DNA of 64,000 nt from positions 320,001 to 384,000 of the forward strand of contig CAVYSE010000011.1 of the NCBI GenBank assembly GCA_963771075.1. The letters are read 5' to 3'. Below, in pieces: positions 9,973 through 22,200 of this stretch. The stretch's first letter is position 1, and every line of letters begins with the position of its first letter. The position numbers and the translations under genes are program-made. Below the pieces are notes generated by a model that was not told the origin of the DNA, ran no database searches, and saw only the letters and a list, made by a program, of their open reading frames with translations. Origin of the DNA: a candidate division FCPU426 bacterium. Its GTDB lineage: Bacteria > Oederibacteriota > Muellerivitia > Muellerivitales > Muellerivitaceae.

Positions 9973-12919
9973 ATGAAAGGCTGTCATTTCGGCTGGAGCA
10001 AATTCCAAGGAATTGGACGATTTCATCGCGCCGCGCTGACCCGGGTTTTGCTGGCGTGGTCGTTTATCTTGCTGGGCGCGGGCGTTTCCGAGCTTTACGC
10101 CCAGTCCATACCCACCTCGTTTTCATGGACATCCACCGGCCCCCTCATCAGCCCCAAAAGCGACTCCACCCACAACATGATCGCGGTCAAGGACCCATCC
10201 ACGGTCTACTACAACGGCCAATATATTGTTTACGCCTCCTCGGTCAACTCAGCGGGAAACTACGGCATGGAATACCTGCACTTCACCAACTGGAGCACGG
10301 CCGGAGCCGCCACGCCCTATTTCATGGATAGCAATTCGAATATCGGGAGCGGCTACCACACCGCGCCCCAGGTGTTTTATTTCGCCCCCCAGAACAAGTG
10401 GTACCTGATCTTTCAGAGCGGCCAGCCCCAATACTCCACCAACAGCGACCCCACCCAGCCCCAGAACTGGACCGCCCCGAAGAATTTCTTCGCGTCCCAG
10501 CCCTCGAGCGTGAGCAACTGGATCGACTTCTGGATCATCAGCGATTCTTCGAATGTCTATCTTTTCTTCTGTGGTGACAACGGGAACTTCTACCGAAGCT
10601 CGACCACCCTCGCGAACTTTCCCAACGGCTTTAACACTCCCGTCATCGTCTACACGGATTCCGAGTTCAACCTCTTCGAGGCCGACAACGTCTATACCGT
10701 AGAGAATACGGGTACCTACCTGGCCAATGTCGAATGTATCGGCAGTGACGGGCACCGATTCTTCAGGGCATTAACCGCCACCACCCTCGGCGGCACCTGG
10801 ACACCGCTGGGCAATACGGCGAACCTGAATACGCCCTTTTTGGGGTCGCACAACGTCACCTTTAATTCCGGCGTCACGAACTGGACCCTCGATTTCAGCA
10901 GTGGCGGGGCGGTGATTGATGGCTACGACTCAACTGATTCCATCAACCTCAACAACCTGACCTTTCTCTACCAGGGGGATGTTTCCAATAGTGACTCCTA
11001 CAATCTGATTCCCTGGCAGCTTGCTCTGGTGTCCTCCAAAGCCAATACAAGCGCTACTCCTACGGCAACCTTTACTTTCACCCATACCAACACGCCTGTG
11101 CCGCCAACGCCGACCTATACCTTCACGTCGACTCGCACCAACACGCCGACCGCAACCTTCACCTTTACCCCGACGCATACCAATACCCCGGTGCCGCCGA
11201 CGGCGACCTATACATTCACCTCGACGCACACAAATACGCCGGTACCGCCGACGGCGACCTTTACCTTCACGTCGACGCATACGAATACACCCATACCTCC
11301 CACGGCGACATTCACTTATACCCCGGTGCCGCCGACGGCGACCTATACCTTCACCTCGACCCATACCGCCGTGCCGCCGACCGCGACTTTCACGGCAGTC
11401 CCCCCGACGGCCACCCACACCGCTGTGCCACCCACCGCGACTAATACCTTTACGGCGGTTCCACCGACCAATACTCCGGTACCACCGACGAACACTCCTG
11501 TGCCGCCGACCGCGACTTTTACCTTCACGTCGACGCATTCGAATACACCCATACCCCCCACGGCGACATCCACTTATACCCCGGTGCCGCCAACGGCGAC
11601 CAATACCTTCACCTCGACCATACAGCCGTGCCGCCTACGGCCACCTATACCTTCAGACGGTCCCGCCTACGAATACCGCGGTGCCTCCGACCTCAACGCC
11701 GGTCACGGTGGTGAACACGGTCGTGCCGCCCACAGCGACCAATACCTTTACGGTGATTCCACCAACCAATACGCCGGTACCAGCGACGAACACTCCTGTA
11801 CCGCCGACCGCGACTTTCACGGCAATGCCCCCGACGGCCACCCACACCGCTGTGCCACCCACCGCGACCAATACCTTTACGGTGGTTCCACCCACCAATA
11901 CGCCGGTACCACCTACCGCAACCTTTACCTTCACAGCGGTGCCGCCGACAGCGACCCATACCCCTGTGCCGCCTACGGCTACATTCACTTATACGCCCGT
12001 GCCGCCCACCAATACCTTCACCAACACTCCCGTGCCGCCAACGGCGACCAATACCCCGGCCACGGGCACGGGAAGCTTCGCGATCGAACTCTTGAGCGGT
12101 GTGACGGCTGATTCCACAAACAGCCCCCACCCGCAGATCCAGATCGTGAACACCGGTAACGGGCCCCTGGCCTTGAACACGGTGACGGCCAAGTACTGGT
12201 TCAATTGCGACTGCACGACCCAAACGGTCCAGGCCTGGGTGGATTGGGCGGGCTTGATGCCGGCGGGAACCAATGTCACCAGCGATATCCATTTTTCCGT
12301 CCAACCCACCAGTTTGGGCGGGCAGACCAACTATGTGCTCTACAGCTTCACGGGGAACCTGGTCTTGCAGCCGGGCCAATCGATCCAGATCCAAAGCCGG
12401 TTCAACAAGAGCGACTGGAGCAACATGCTCCAGGACAACGACTGGAGCTTCGCGGCCTATACGAGCTACACCGATTGGGGCCATGTGACAGGCTATTTGA
12501 ACGGAACCCTGGCCTGGGGCCAGGAGCCGGCGGGGACCGCGACCGCGGCCCTGAAGGCGGCTAGCGTGGTTTCTTACCCGAACCCCTCGACGGGGAACGG
12601 GGTGAACCTGGCGATCAAGCTGACGGGCAGCGGGTCGACCGGAACGTCCGCCAGCGTCGTGGGCGCTTCCGGCAATGTGGAAGCGGTGGACCCGAACGCG
12701 CAAGTCGTAGTCAAGGTCTACACGATGGAGGGCAGGCTGATCTGGTCGACGGTGTTGCCGGCCTCCAGCTTCGGGTCGTCGGGCAGCCACGACCTTTACT
12801 GGAATGAGAAGAGTCTGGTGGGGTCTTACCTGGCCAACGGGCTCTACCTGGTGACGGTGACGGTGAAGTCCAACGGCCAATCCACCACCTCCACCAATAA
12901 ATTGCTGATTTTGAAATAA
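9973..12919 (+). CDS. Secreted GH62 alpha-L-arabinofuranosidase + PT linker + CBM3 + CTD (two -1 frameshifts in the linker)
   Basis: [53 protein letters not shown] motifs; ORFs 9961 and 11021 joined; single C missing near 11618 and 11656 relative to repeat copy 1. Confidence 0.9.
11500..12919 (+). repeat. ~1.4 kb direct repeat A, copy 2
   Basis: Matches 8372-9791. Confidence 0.95.
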
Positions 12920-13200
12920 GGAGTTCTTTTAAAGACTGCGTTATACCCGAATTTATCCTCGGAGGATACGCTGAAGCCTTGCCGTTAAATTGGAACTTTC
13001 CGGACGGGGCTGAGGCCTTCCCCAGAGGTTATTTGGGTGAAAACAAGGGAAAAACCATTGTTTTTATTTGTTAAAAGAATTTTGGAATAAAATATCTTCT
13101 ATTCAACACAAATCAACGGAGAAATGTCTCCAATTGCCGTTGGAGGATTTTTCAGGGGCCATCAACGGCCGCCTCCAACTGTCTATTTGGAAGGAAATCC

Positions 13201-16200
13201 ATGCTTGGTAGTCCCGCCAATTTAAAACGTTATCACAAGGTCCTCGGGTTACTTTTCCTCTGGTTCCTTACCCTCGGGTTTTCCTGGGCCGGAACTTGCA
13301 CGGTGGATGCCACCGTAACGAACCAATACATCCATTGCATCGGGGCCTCCAGCGCCTGGAGCGGAGTGGGCAGCCTGGGAACGCAGTTGTTCGCCGACGA
13401 CACCGTGAACGGCCATATCGGCCTGACCTCGCTGAGGACCCGCATCGATCCCACCGCCGTCGGCGGCAACACCGGCAACTGGAACAGCGAGCTAAACAAC
13501 ATCACGGCGGCCCACAATGTTAATCCAAACGTCCTGTTTTGGAGCACTGAGTGGTCGCCTCCTGCTATGTACAAAACCAACAATAGTGTTGATGGAGAGG
13601 TGGTGAACGCGGGGGTTACCAACGTTGGCGCCTTCACGGGCTCCGACACCGGCAATGCCCCTAACAGCGCCGACACGGGCTACGCCCAGTACCTGACCCA
13701 ATACCTCCAATACTGCAAAAGTTACACCGGCGTGAGCCTTTACTCCATCTCGGCCCAAAACGAACCCAGTTTCGAGGTCACCTACGAGGGCGCCAATTGG
13801 ACCACGGGACAATTCGATGTTTTCATCCCATGCCTGGCCGCTTCCATCACGAGCGCCGGGCTATCCACCAAGATCATGATGCCGGAACCGCCGAATGAAT
13901 GGGGCATGAACCTGGGCACCGCCACCATGTCCGACGCCAACGCGGCCCCCCTGGTCAGCATCATCAACACCCATTTGTACGGCACCTTTTACGACACCCT
14001 CGCCCAGATCGCCTCGAATTACGGTTATACCAAACTGACGAACCAGGAATGGTGGGCAACGGAGATTTCCGGTTGCACCACCGGGCTCATCACGGCCCAG
14101 AATTCGGCGGGGTTATGCGTGGCGGGTTGGGCTCACCAGTCCCTGGTCGAGGGCCAGATGAACTCCTTCCATTACTGGTGGCTGGCCGACCTGATCAGCG
14201 GCACCTCCCTCACCGACGCGGCTTTCGTGCTCGGCAATTATTCCAAGTTCATTCGGCCTGGTTATTACCGCATGGGAGCCACTGAGGGCCCCCAGGCCGG
14301 CGTCACGGTTTCCGCCTACAAGAACACCAACAATTCTTCGCCCACCACCTTCGTGATCGTGGCCATCAACTACAACGCCAGCACCGTGAACCAGACCTTC
14401 AGCTTGAACGGCCTCACCACCGCCTCGGTCACGCCCTGGTTAACCGACGTGGGCAATGGACTGGTCCAGCAGGCCGCCGTGCCCGTTTCGGGCAACAGCT
14501 TTACTTACACGATGCCGGTATCCAGCGTGGTCTCTTTCGTGGGCGTCAACAACGCCGGACCCACGCCCACCTATACGGTCACGCCCACGCCGGTGGTGTT
14601 ATCCACGTGGCGGGTGAACGCGGGGGGGCCGCAGTATGTGAGCGCCTCCTCAGGGCTGACCTGGTCGGCGGACGAGAACTATACGGCCGGTTCCACCGTC
14701 GCCAGCGGGGGAGCCGTCACGGGAACCAACGATTCCACCCTTTATGACACCCAGCGCTACGGCACCGACTTTAGCTATTCGTTCAACGTGCCCGCGGGCA
14801 CCTACCAAGTCACCCTGTTGTTCGCAGAGACCTATTCGGGCGATTTTGGGACGGGGGACCGGGTCTTCAACGTGGCCATCAACGGCGTGACCGTCTTGTC
14901 GAACCTGGACGTTTACGCCCAGGTGGGGGCCAATACGGCCTTGAATGAGGTGATCAATAATATCGCCCCCAGCGGAGGGGTCATCACGATCACCTTCACG
15001 GGCACCACCAGCACGGACGGAAACGCCATGGTGGAAGCCCTCCAAATCATTCCCATGCCGCCCACCCCGACGCCCACCCGGACGAGTACCCCCACGGCGA
15101 CACCGACCCACACTTCAACGGCCAGTTGGACCAGCACGGCGACGGCCACGGTTACGGCCACGGGCACTGCCACATCCACTAGGACAAACACAATGACGGT
15201 CACACCTTCCCCTACCCTGACGTCGACGGTCACTTCCACCCAAACTTCCACCTCGACCCGCACCTCCACCGCAACTTTTACAGGTACCGGAACCTTTACG
15301 CCGACGGCCACCCACACCCTGACGCCAACGGTCACCGGAACCTCAACTGCCACTTTCCCCTTCAGCCCGACGGTGACTTCATCGCCTACCTCTTCTTTTA
15401 CCGGAACTATGACCGTGACCCGCACCTCCACGGGAACTTTCACGGGTACGGCAACATCCACCTCAACCTTTACCCCGACCCACACCTCCACCGCAACTTT
15501 TACAGGTACCGAAACCTCCACGCCGACGGCCACCCATACCTTGACGCCCACGAATACCCCAACCTTTAGCTCGACGGCAACCAACACCCCAACAGGGTCG
15601 CCCACGGCCACCTTCCCCTTCACCCCTACGGTCACCCTTTCGCCGACTGTAACGCTGACATCTACCTCGTCTTCCACTCCGACCGCCACCACCACCTTGA
15701 CTTCGAGTTCTACCCCGACCTCGACCCATTCCCTAACGCCCACCAATACATGGACTGACACGAAAACTCCGACCTTTAGCCCGACGGCAACCAACACCCA
15801 GACGGGGTCTCCCACGGCCACCTTCCCCTATAGTCCGACGGTGACCCTGTCCCCCACGACCACTTACACTGGTACGGATACGGCGACCCCCACTTGGACC
15901 GACACTTCAACCTCCACCTTTACTTCGACTTCGACCCACACATTCACCTCAACCGCCACGGCCACCCCAACATCGACCCCCACTTCAACTTCGACGTCCA
16001 GTCATACTTCCACCGCCACTTCGACGCCAACCTCCACCCCCACCTTGACCACGACCTTCACGCCCACCTCGGCAATCGTGAATATCAGCTCGACCTCATC
16101 CACCTTCAATACGCTTTCCGGGTCCGCCGGTGTCACGGCAGTATCCGCGAACCTCAGCGATCCAAGCGCATTAGGGGTTAACCTTACGAATATCACGGTC

Positions 16201-16935
16201 AGCGACCTGGGCGGCAACGCGGGGAATGTCACATCCGTCAGTGTTTATTTGAATGGAATACTGCAGGCTTCCGTTCCCGGGTTCACCGGCAATACGGCCA
16301 CGCTGAGCCTGAACAACGACTTGATCACGTCTACCTCCAACAGCCTGCAGGTCCTGGTGAACTTCTCGGGTTCGGCGGTTGGGACCTATGAGTTCTCAAT
16401 CAGCGGCCTGACGGGAACTAGCATGAATAACGGGGGACAGCCGGTGTCGATCACGGGATTGCCGGTTTCGGGCAACACGGTGAACTGCCAGCAAGCCACG
16501 TCCACGCCCACCCAAACATCCACCCCTACCAACACCTACACCTATACCGCCACATCGACGCTGACCCCCTCGGTGACATGGACCGCGACCTCCACCTGGA
16601 CGATTTCGGCCACCACGACCGGAACGATCACCCCGACCTTTACGCAAACGCCGATACCCCAAAAGATACTGATCCTTTATCCCAACCCGGTGACCGGACC
16701 GACGGTGAATGTGCTGCCGCCCAGTTACACGGGAATCTCGACGGTGAGGGTGGAGATCTTCACGGTGAATTACCGGATGGTCGTGGATGAGACCTTCTAT
16801 TCCGTACCATCCGGAACCAGTGTGACCGTCAACCTGACGAGCAAATGGGGAACCACCCTTGCGAACGGCCTTTATTACGTGGTGGTGGATACGAAGGGCG
16901 GCAAGTCCATTGGCAAACTGCTGGTTTTGCGGTGA
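13201..16935 (+). CDS. Secreted GH30 xylanase-like + malectin + Thr-rich stalk + Ig-like domain + CTD
   Basis: Paralogous to the 6926 catalytic domain (AQNEP, WWATE); malectin WRVNAGG...LYDTQRYG...LLFAETY...RVFNVAING; C-terminal YPNP...LANGLYYVVV...GKLLVLR. Confidence 0.9.
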   Translation: MLGSPANLKRYHKVLGLLFLWFLTLGFSWAGTCTVDATVTNQYIHCIGASSAWSGVGSLGTQLFADDTVNGHIGLTSLRTRIDPTAVGGNTGNWNSELNNITAAHNVNPNVLFWSTEWSPPAMYKTNNSVDGEVVNAGVTNVGAFTGSDTGNAPNSADTGYAQYLTQYLQYCKSYTGVSLYSISAQNEPSFEVTYEGANWTTGQFDVFIPCLAASITSAGLSTKIMMPEPPNEWGMNLGTATMSDANAAPLVSIINTHLYGTFYDTLAQIASNYGYTKLTNQEWWATEISGCTTGLITAQNSAGLCVAGWAHQSLVEGQMNSFHYWWLADLISGTSLTDAAFVLGNYSKFIRPGYYRMGATEGPQAGVTVSAYKNTNNSSPTTFVIVAINYNASTVNQTFSLNGLTTASVTPWLTDVGNGLVQQAAVPVSGNSFTYTMPVSSVVSFVGVNNAGPTPTYTVTPTPVVLSTWRVNAGGPQYVSASSGLTWSADENYTAGSTVASGGAVTGTNDSTLYDTQRYGTDFSYSFNVPAGTYQVTLLFAETYSGDFGTGDRVFNVAINGVTVLSNLDVYAQVGANTALNEVINNIAPSGGVITITFTGTTSTDGNAMVEALQIIPMPPTPTPTRTSTPTATPTHTSTASWTSTATATVTATGTATSTRTNTMTVTPSPTLTSTVTSTQTSTSTRTSTATFTGTGTFTPTATHTLTPTVTGTSTATFPFSPTVTSSPTSSFTGTMTVTRTSTGTFTGTATSTSTFTPTHTSTATFTGTETSTPTATHTLTPTNTPTFSSTATNTPTGSPTATFPFTPTVTLSPTVTLTSTSSSTPTATTTLTSSSTPTSTHSLTPTNTWTDTKTPTFSPTATNTQTGSPTATFPYSPTVTLSPTTTYTGTDTATPTWTDTSTSTFTSTSTHTFTSTATATPTSTPTSTSTSSHTSTATSTPTSTPTLTTTFTPTSAIVNISSTSSTFNTLSGSAGVTAVSANLSDPSALGVNLTNITVSDLGGNAGNVTSVSVYLNGILQASVPGFTGNTATLSLNNDLITSTSNSLQVLVNFSGSAVGTYEFSISGLTGTSMNNGGQPVSITGLPVSGNTVNCQQATSTPTQTSTPTNTYTYTATSTLTPSVTWTATSTWTISATTTGTITPTFTQTPIPQKILILYPNPVTGPTVNVLPPSYTGISTVRVEIFTVNYRMVVDETFYSVPSGTSVTVNLTSKWGTTLANGLYYVVVDTKGGKSIGKLLVLR

Positions 16936-16958
16936 AGGAACAGGCTGCGATACTTTAA
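15315..16958 (+). repeat. ~1.65 kb direct repeat B, copy 1 (Thr stalk-Ig-CTD and 3' flank)
   Basis: Near-identical to 25889-27616; similarity continues past the stop (GGTGAAGGAACAG...GCGATACTTTAA). Confidence 0.92.
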
Positions 16959-17212
16959 CGTTTATTTTGGAAAAGAGTGTCCAAATATGTATTGTTAAGC
17001 CACGTCTTATGCAAAGGCGCTGCTTCAACTATGTGCACTCAAGAAGGGTGGCGCTGGAAACTTGGTTATAAGAGCCGGACTGAGGCCCAATTCAAAAGGG
17101 TTGGATTAGCCATCGTACTCTAAGGCATTCGCGCCAGTGCTCTACTCTGCAAGAAAAAAGGATATTGGACCCGGATTTTGAGATGCCTAAAAAAAATCAC
17201 GTGGAATCCATT

Positions 17213-18997
17213 CTACCCTTTCTTAATATATTTCCTCGGGGAAGTTCCGAAAGTTCTGCGGAAAATGATGGAAAAGGTACTGGCCGAAGCGAAGCCGCAT
17301 TCCTGCGCGATCCTTTCTAGTGTCAAGTCACCCTCTTTCAAGAGAGATTCGGCTTTCGATAACCGGGCTTTACGCACATAGCGCCCGAAAGATTGACCCG
17401 AAACCTTCATGAACCATTTCAGGAAAGTCGGAGGCGACAGTTCGGCTCTTTTACTGAGCTTTGAAAGACGCCAAGGTTTGTGCGGCTCCTTGTTGATATC
17501 AAGGAGAATGGTGTTCAAACGAGCCGTGACCGAGGCATCGCGGGGTTTATCTTGGTAACGGGCCAAGCTGTCGATGGATTCCTTGAAGGCGCTGACGAGG
17601 TCTGGAATGGTGTTTGCCGATTCCAACCGATCCATCAATTCCGACCCGAGAGTCCTTGCGGCGGTTTGACCCACGCCCGTACGACGCTCGAATTGCTCCA
17701 AAAGGACATAAAGGGCAGAAAGCATATAGGCTTTTGTTATTTCCGGTACATAACCGTTATAAAGCAACAGGCCTGTGAAATTTTCCCGTGCGTGGGCCAG
17801 TCGGATGGGGGAAGAAAGGGCCATGGAAACGCACAGGTCGCGGATGATATTTTGGATTTTGGGCTCTGACTTTTCCGTGGTTGGGACTGAAGGGGCACTT
17901 GCAAAGAGGTTGTCTTTTCCCGCTTGCACTGCCGAATGAAGGGAAGCAACGGCCTCGTGATAGGACCGTGACAGGTTCGCCCCTTGGGGCATGATGGACC
18001 CGATGCCCGCCACAACACCCATCTGGAGTTTTTGCTCAAGGGTTTTACGAAGGGCCTGTATCTTTTCCCTGATCTCAATTCTAGCTTGGGCGGATGATAG
18101 GTGAGGCTTTGCGGAAGTCAAAACGATAGATCCGTAGTCGCCAAGGGGAGAGCATGCGATCTCTCCCCATTCACGGGTCGTCAAGTAACATTCATGCTGG
18201 AATTTCCGGGCTTGGCAGAGAAGTTCAAATGATCCAGCGTTTATTCCCGGTTTCCTGGGCATGAGGGCCGCCGCAACCGTCGGAACTCGGCTTACGCCGA
18301 CCTCTTCCTTGACCCACTGGGGTATGACATATCCCTTATCGGGTTTGGAGAAGAATTTTTCCTTTCCTATGGCCCAATCCACCCAATAGGGATGGGGCAG
18401 TTGCCGCGAAATAACGTCCACCCTTAACCGGTCCAGTCTCCGCCCAATACCCGGTACCTGGTTTTCGGTCGCCCAAAGCACCAGGAGTTCCATCAAGTTG
18501 AGACAGCCTTCCAAACCCTTTCGGTCCAGGACCGGTGAATTCAAAGCCACCCGGGTAAAGTGCAGGAAATCCCTGTCCAAGTCCGAACCTTCCACCCCGG
18601 TCCAGGCCTTCCATTGCTGGCGGAGATTTTCAACGGTCAGACATTTTTCCAGGATGGGCCCGGAAATCAGGCAACCCCTGTACCGGCCCTGGTCATAGAA
18701 AGGGACCATGAGGTCGATGTAATTCCCAAAACGCCCGATAAAGGGGCGTTTTACCTCCCGCGCCCTTTTGAAGTTGGACCGCATATAGCGGTCATGCCCG
18801 GCCGACTTTCCGAAAAAAATTCCGAAAGTGGAGGGATAGAGATGACCCTCGGCCGCGAAGAGAAACCACCATTCGGTGACCTCGGCATTCACGAAATAAC
18901 AAGGGCGGCCGATATAACTCTGGAACACGACTTGGAATTTTGAAAAAATTTGAAATTCGTTCAGTCGTTCATTCTGGGAAACATTTTTCCTGGTCAT
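17213..18997 (-). CDS. AraC-family regulator with PocR-like N-terminal sensor
   Basis: C-terminal AraC HTH (RLSKAESLL...LERIAQECGFASASTFSIIFRRTFGTSPRKY); central GIGS...LSRSYHEA motif as in YesN/YesS-type regulators; GGAGG before ATG 18997. Confidence 0.88.
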   Translation of the reverse strand: MTRKNVSQNERLNEFQIFSKFQVVFQSYIGRPCYFVNAEVTEWWFLFAAEGHLYPSTFGIFFGKSAGHDRYMRSNFKRAREVKRPFIGRFGNYIDLMVPFYDQGRYRGCLISGPILEKCLTVENLRQQWKAWTGVEGSDLDRDFLHFTRVALNSPVLDRKGLEGCLNLMELLVLWATENQVPGIGRRLDRLRVDVISRQLPHPYWVDWAIGKEKFFSKPDKGYVIPQWVKEEVGVSRVPTVAAALMPRKPGINAGSFELLCQARKFQHECYLTTREWGEIACSPLGDYGSIVLTSAKPHLSSAQARIEIREKIQALRKTLEQKLQMGVVAGIGSIMPQGANLSRSYHEAVASLHSAVQAGKDNLFASAPSVPTTEKSEPKIQNIIRDLCVSMALSSPIRLAHARENFTGLLLYNGYVPEITKAYMLSALYVLLEQFERRTGVGQTAARTLGSELMDRLESANTIPDLVSAFKESIDSLARYQDKPRDASVTARLNTILLDINKEPHKPWRLSKLSKRAELSPPTFLKWFMKVSGQSFGRYVRKARLSKAESLLKEGDLTLERIAQECGFASASTFSIIFRRTFGTSPRKYIKKG

Positions 18998-19242
18998 AGG
19001 ACCTCCACCCGCGCGCATCAGATTTTAAAGCGGTTTAGTAAAACGTGTTAGTGATTTTATTATTATAAAATAATTATTTTACTGAAATAAAATCTAATTT
19101 TTTCCGCTCTGGTATCCTTCATCAATAATCCCAAAACTTTTTAGGGTTTTTGATGGATCGAATTGAAACCGGTCACATTAGTTGTTTCACTTTGCTTAAG
19201 GGTTGAAACTCATAACGTTTTTGATAAGGCGAGTTTCTTGAA

Positions 19243-22200
19243 ATGAAATTTCGTTCATTTTCTTTGCTTATAAAAGCGCTCCCAATTTGGCTCGCGCTGG
19301 GTTGCTCCCAAGGCCTTGCCCAAACCTACACATGGAGCAACGTGGTCATACCCGCCGGCGGGTTTGTGGCCGGTGTGGATTACAGCCCCGTGTCCCAGGG
19401 ACTAATCTACGCGCGTACCGACATCGGCGGTTTCTATCGTTGGGACAGTTCCACCAACCTTTGGATTCCTCTCGCCGACATGTTTGGCAGCAGCCAATAT
19501 AATAACTACGGCGGGGAAAGCATCGCACCCGACCCGGTCAACGCCAACAACGTCTATGTGGCGGCCGGAATGTATGAATGGAACGGCAACGGCGTCATTC
19601 TTTCCTCCACCAACCAAGGAAACACCTGGACCGTCAATCCTATCGCGGTTCCTATGGGCGGCAACTATGATGGACGTATAGCCGGTGAGCGTCTCGCAGT
19701 CGACCCCAACTCGAACAACATTCTTTATTTCGCCTCCCGCAATAACGGACTTTGGAAAAGCACCAATTCGGCTGCCAGCTGGAACAATGTAGCTTCATTC
19801 CCCGTAACTGGGGACTCGCCTTACGGCTTGAGCTATGTCATTTTCCTTCCCGGCGGAAACCCTGGTGCCGGGGCTGAAACTATTTTTGTGGGTGTGGACA
19901 CACTGTCTGCGGGAAACAGCAGTCTTTACTATTCCACCAATGCCGGCGGCACTTGGGCCGTGGTTCCAGGCGGTCCCACTAACATGATCACCCCCCATGC
20001 CTCCCTCGGAACCGACGGCAATTTATGGGTGGTTTATGACAGCGGCGGTTACGGCCCCAACAACATTTCCAATGGGGAGGTTTGGAAATTGAACACCAGA
20101 ACCCTGTCCTGGACACAGCTTACCCCCGGCCCCGGTAACGTCGGCTTTGGCGGCATCTGCGTGGATCCCGAAAACGCCCAGCACGTGGTGGTTGCGACTA
20201 TTGATTGGTGGGGAGGCCCCGATCATATCTACAGCACCACCAACGGCGGAACAAGCTGGTCGGTCATCGGGAACGCCCAAACCAGCTTTGACGGTTACGC
20301 CGCCCCTTTTGCCAATTATGTGAACAACGGCGCCATCTGGACCATGTTTTGTTCGGCTTATAACGGCGGAACGGGATGGCAGGGAGACATTAAAATTGAT
20401 CCTTATAATTCCAACAACGCCATCTACACCACCGGGGGAGGCGTCTGGACCAGCACCAACATCAATGCCGCAACCCAGCCTGCGGGCGTCACCTGGACTT
20501 TCACCGATTACGGGTTGGAAGAAACGTCTGTCCTGGACATGACCGCCTCAGCCGAGGGTGGAACATTCTTCAGCGCGGTGCGCGATATCGCCGGCATGCG
20601 CCACACCAATTTAACCCAATCCCCAGCTGTCGGCATGTACTGCAATCCTGAATTTACCGATACAACCGGAATTGATTACGCGGAGTCCGCCCCTAATACG
20701 GTTGTCCGGGTGGGTTATGGTGGCGCGATCGCTTCGGACGGCGCTTATTCCACCAACAACGGCCAGACCTGGACACCCATGGCGTCCGTCCCGGAAAACG
20801 CCGACAACGAAATGCAATCGGTGGCCATTTCCGCCAACGGGCTGACCATCCTGGCGGTTCCTAATAACGGCGATGGAAACCCGAGTTATTCGGGCAATTT
20901 TGGGTCCAGTTGGACCGCGTGTACAGGTTTGCCGGGGGGCGCTCAGATCTGTTCCGACCGGGTGGACTCCAATATCTTCTATGGTGTCTCCGGCACGACC
21001 CTATACGTCAGCACGAACGGTGGTTCCAGTTTTGCCTCGGCCGGAACTTACGCAGGAACCGAAAGTGGGAGGCCCCGGGCCGTTTTTGGGATCGCTGGGG
21101 AAGTTTGGGTGCCCACCAGCAGCGGCCTTTACCGCTTCACCAACGTGGGACTGGGGACGGTCGCCACCAAAATCATCACCAACGTGTCCAACGCCGTGGC
21201 CGTGGGTTTTGGAATGGCGGACAGCCCCACCTACACCCATCCGGCGGTTTACCTGGTGGGCACGATCAGCGGCAATTATGGTTTCTTCCGGTGTGATGAC
21301 GGGGTCGGAACGACCTGGACCCAAATCAACAACAGCAACCAATTGTTTGGGGCGGTGGGGTTCGCGGCGGGGGATGAATCAGTTTACGGCCGCATGTACA
21401 TTGGAACCAACGGCCGGGGTATTTTATATGGAAGTGTTTCCATATCGTCCACCAGCACACCGACCCCTTCCTTGACCAATACACCCACCCGTACCAACAC
21501 TCCCGTTGCGACGGCTACTTACTCCGGCACTCCCACCCGCACGATGACGACTACCAGTACTCCAACCATGACGTTGACCATGACGCGAACCAACACGGTT
21601 ACCAGCACCCAAACGGCCACCCCAACCGTCACCCCAACGGTGACGTCCACGGTCACGACCACCACCACTCGGACCGCCACACCGACGATCACATCAACCT
21701 CGACTTCGGCGAATACTAGCACCGTGACGGTTTCTTCGACCCCAACACTAACCAGGACTAGTACTTCCACGGCCACGCCGACTCAGACCTCGACCACCAC
21801 ACGCACCAATACGGCGACCGTAACTACCACCTCCACCCTGACCGTCACTTCCACGATGACTTCGCAATACACCCCAACTATCACGGCGACGGTCACCTCA
21901 TCTGCGACCCTGACTTCAACATTCACAGCCACCCCTACCCATACCCTGACTTTCACCCCCACCGTGACTTTTACGATCACCCCCACCCGGACTTCCACGA
22001 CCACGCGAACAAATACAACGACGATCACTCCAACTCAAACTTCCACAACCACCCTAACCCTGACCGAAACGCCCACAGCCACGTTGGAATTCAGCGCCAC
22101 AAATACCCTGTCGCCGACAGCAACCATGTCCCCCACGATCACCGTTACCTCGACCCATACCCTCACCGTGACCACGACTTCCACGGAAACGAACACGGCT

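Noticed and set aside
14913..15821. Long antisense Val-rich and Arg/Gly-rich ORFs
   Set aside because: They are shadows of ACN-rich linkers that lack stop codons on the reverse strand; the same applies to most overlapping ORFs in the track
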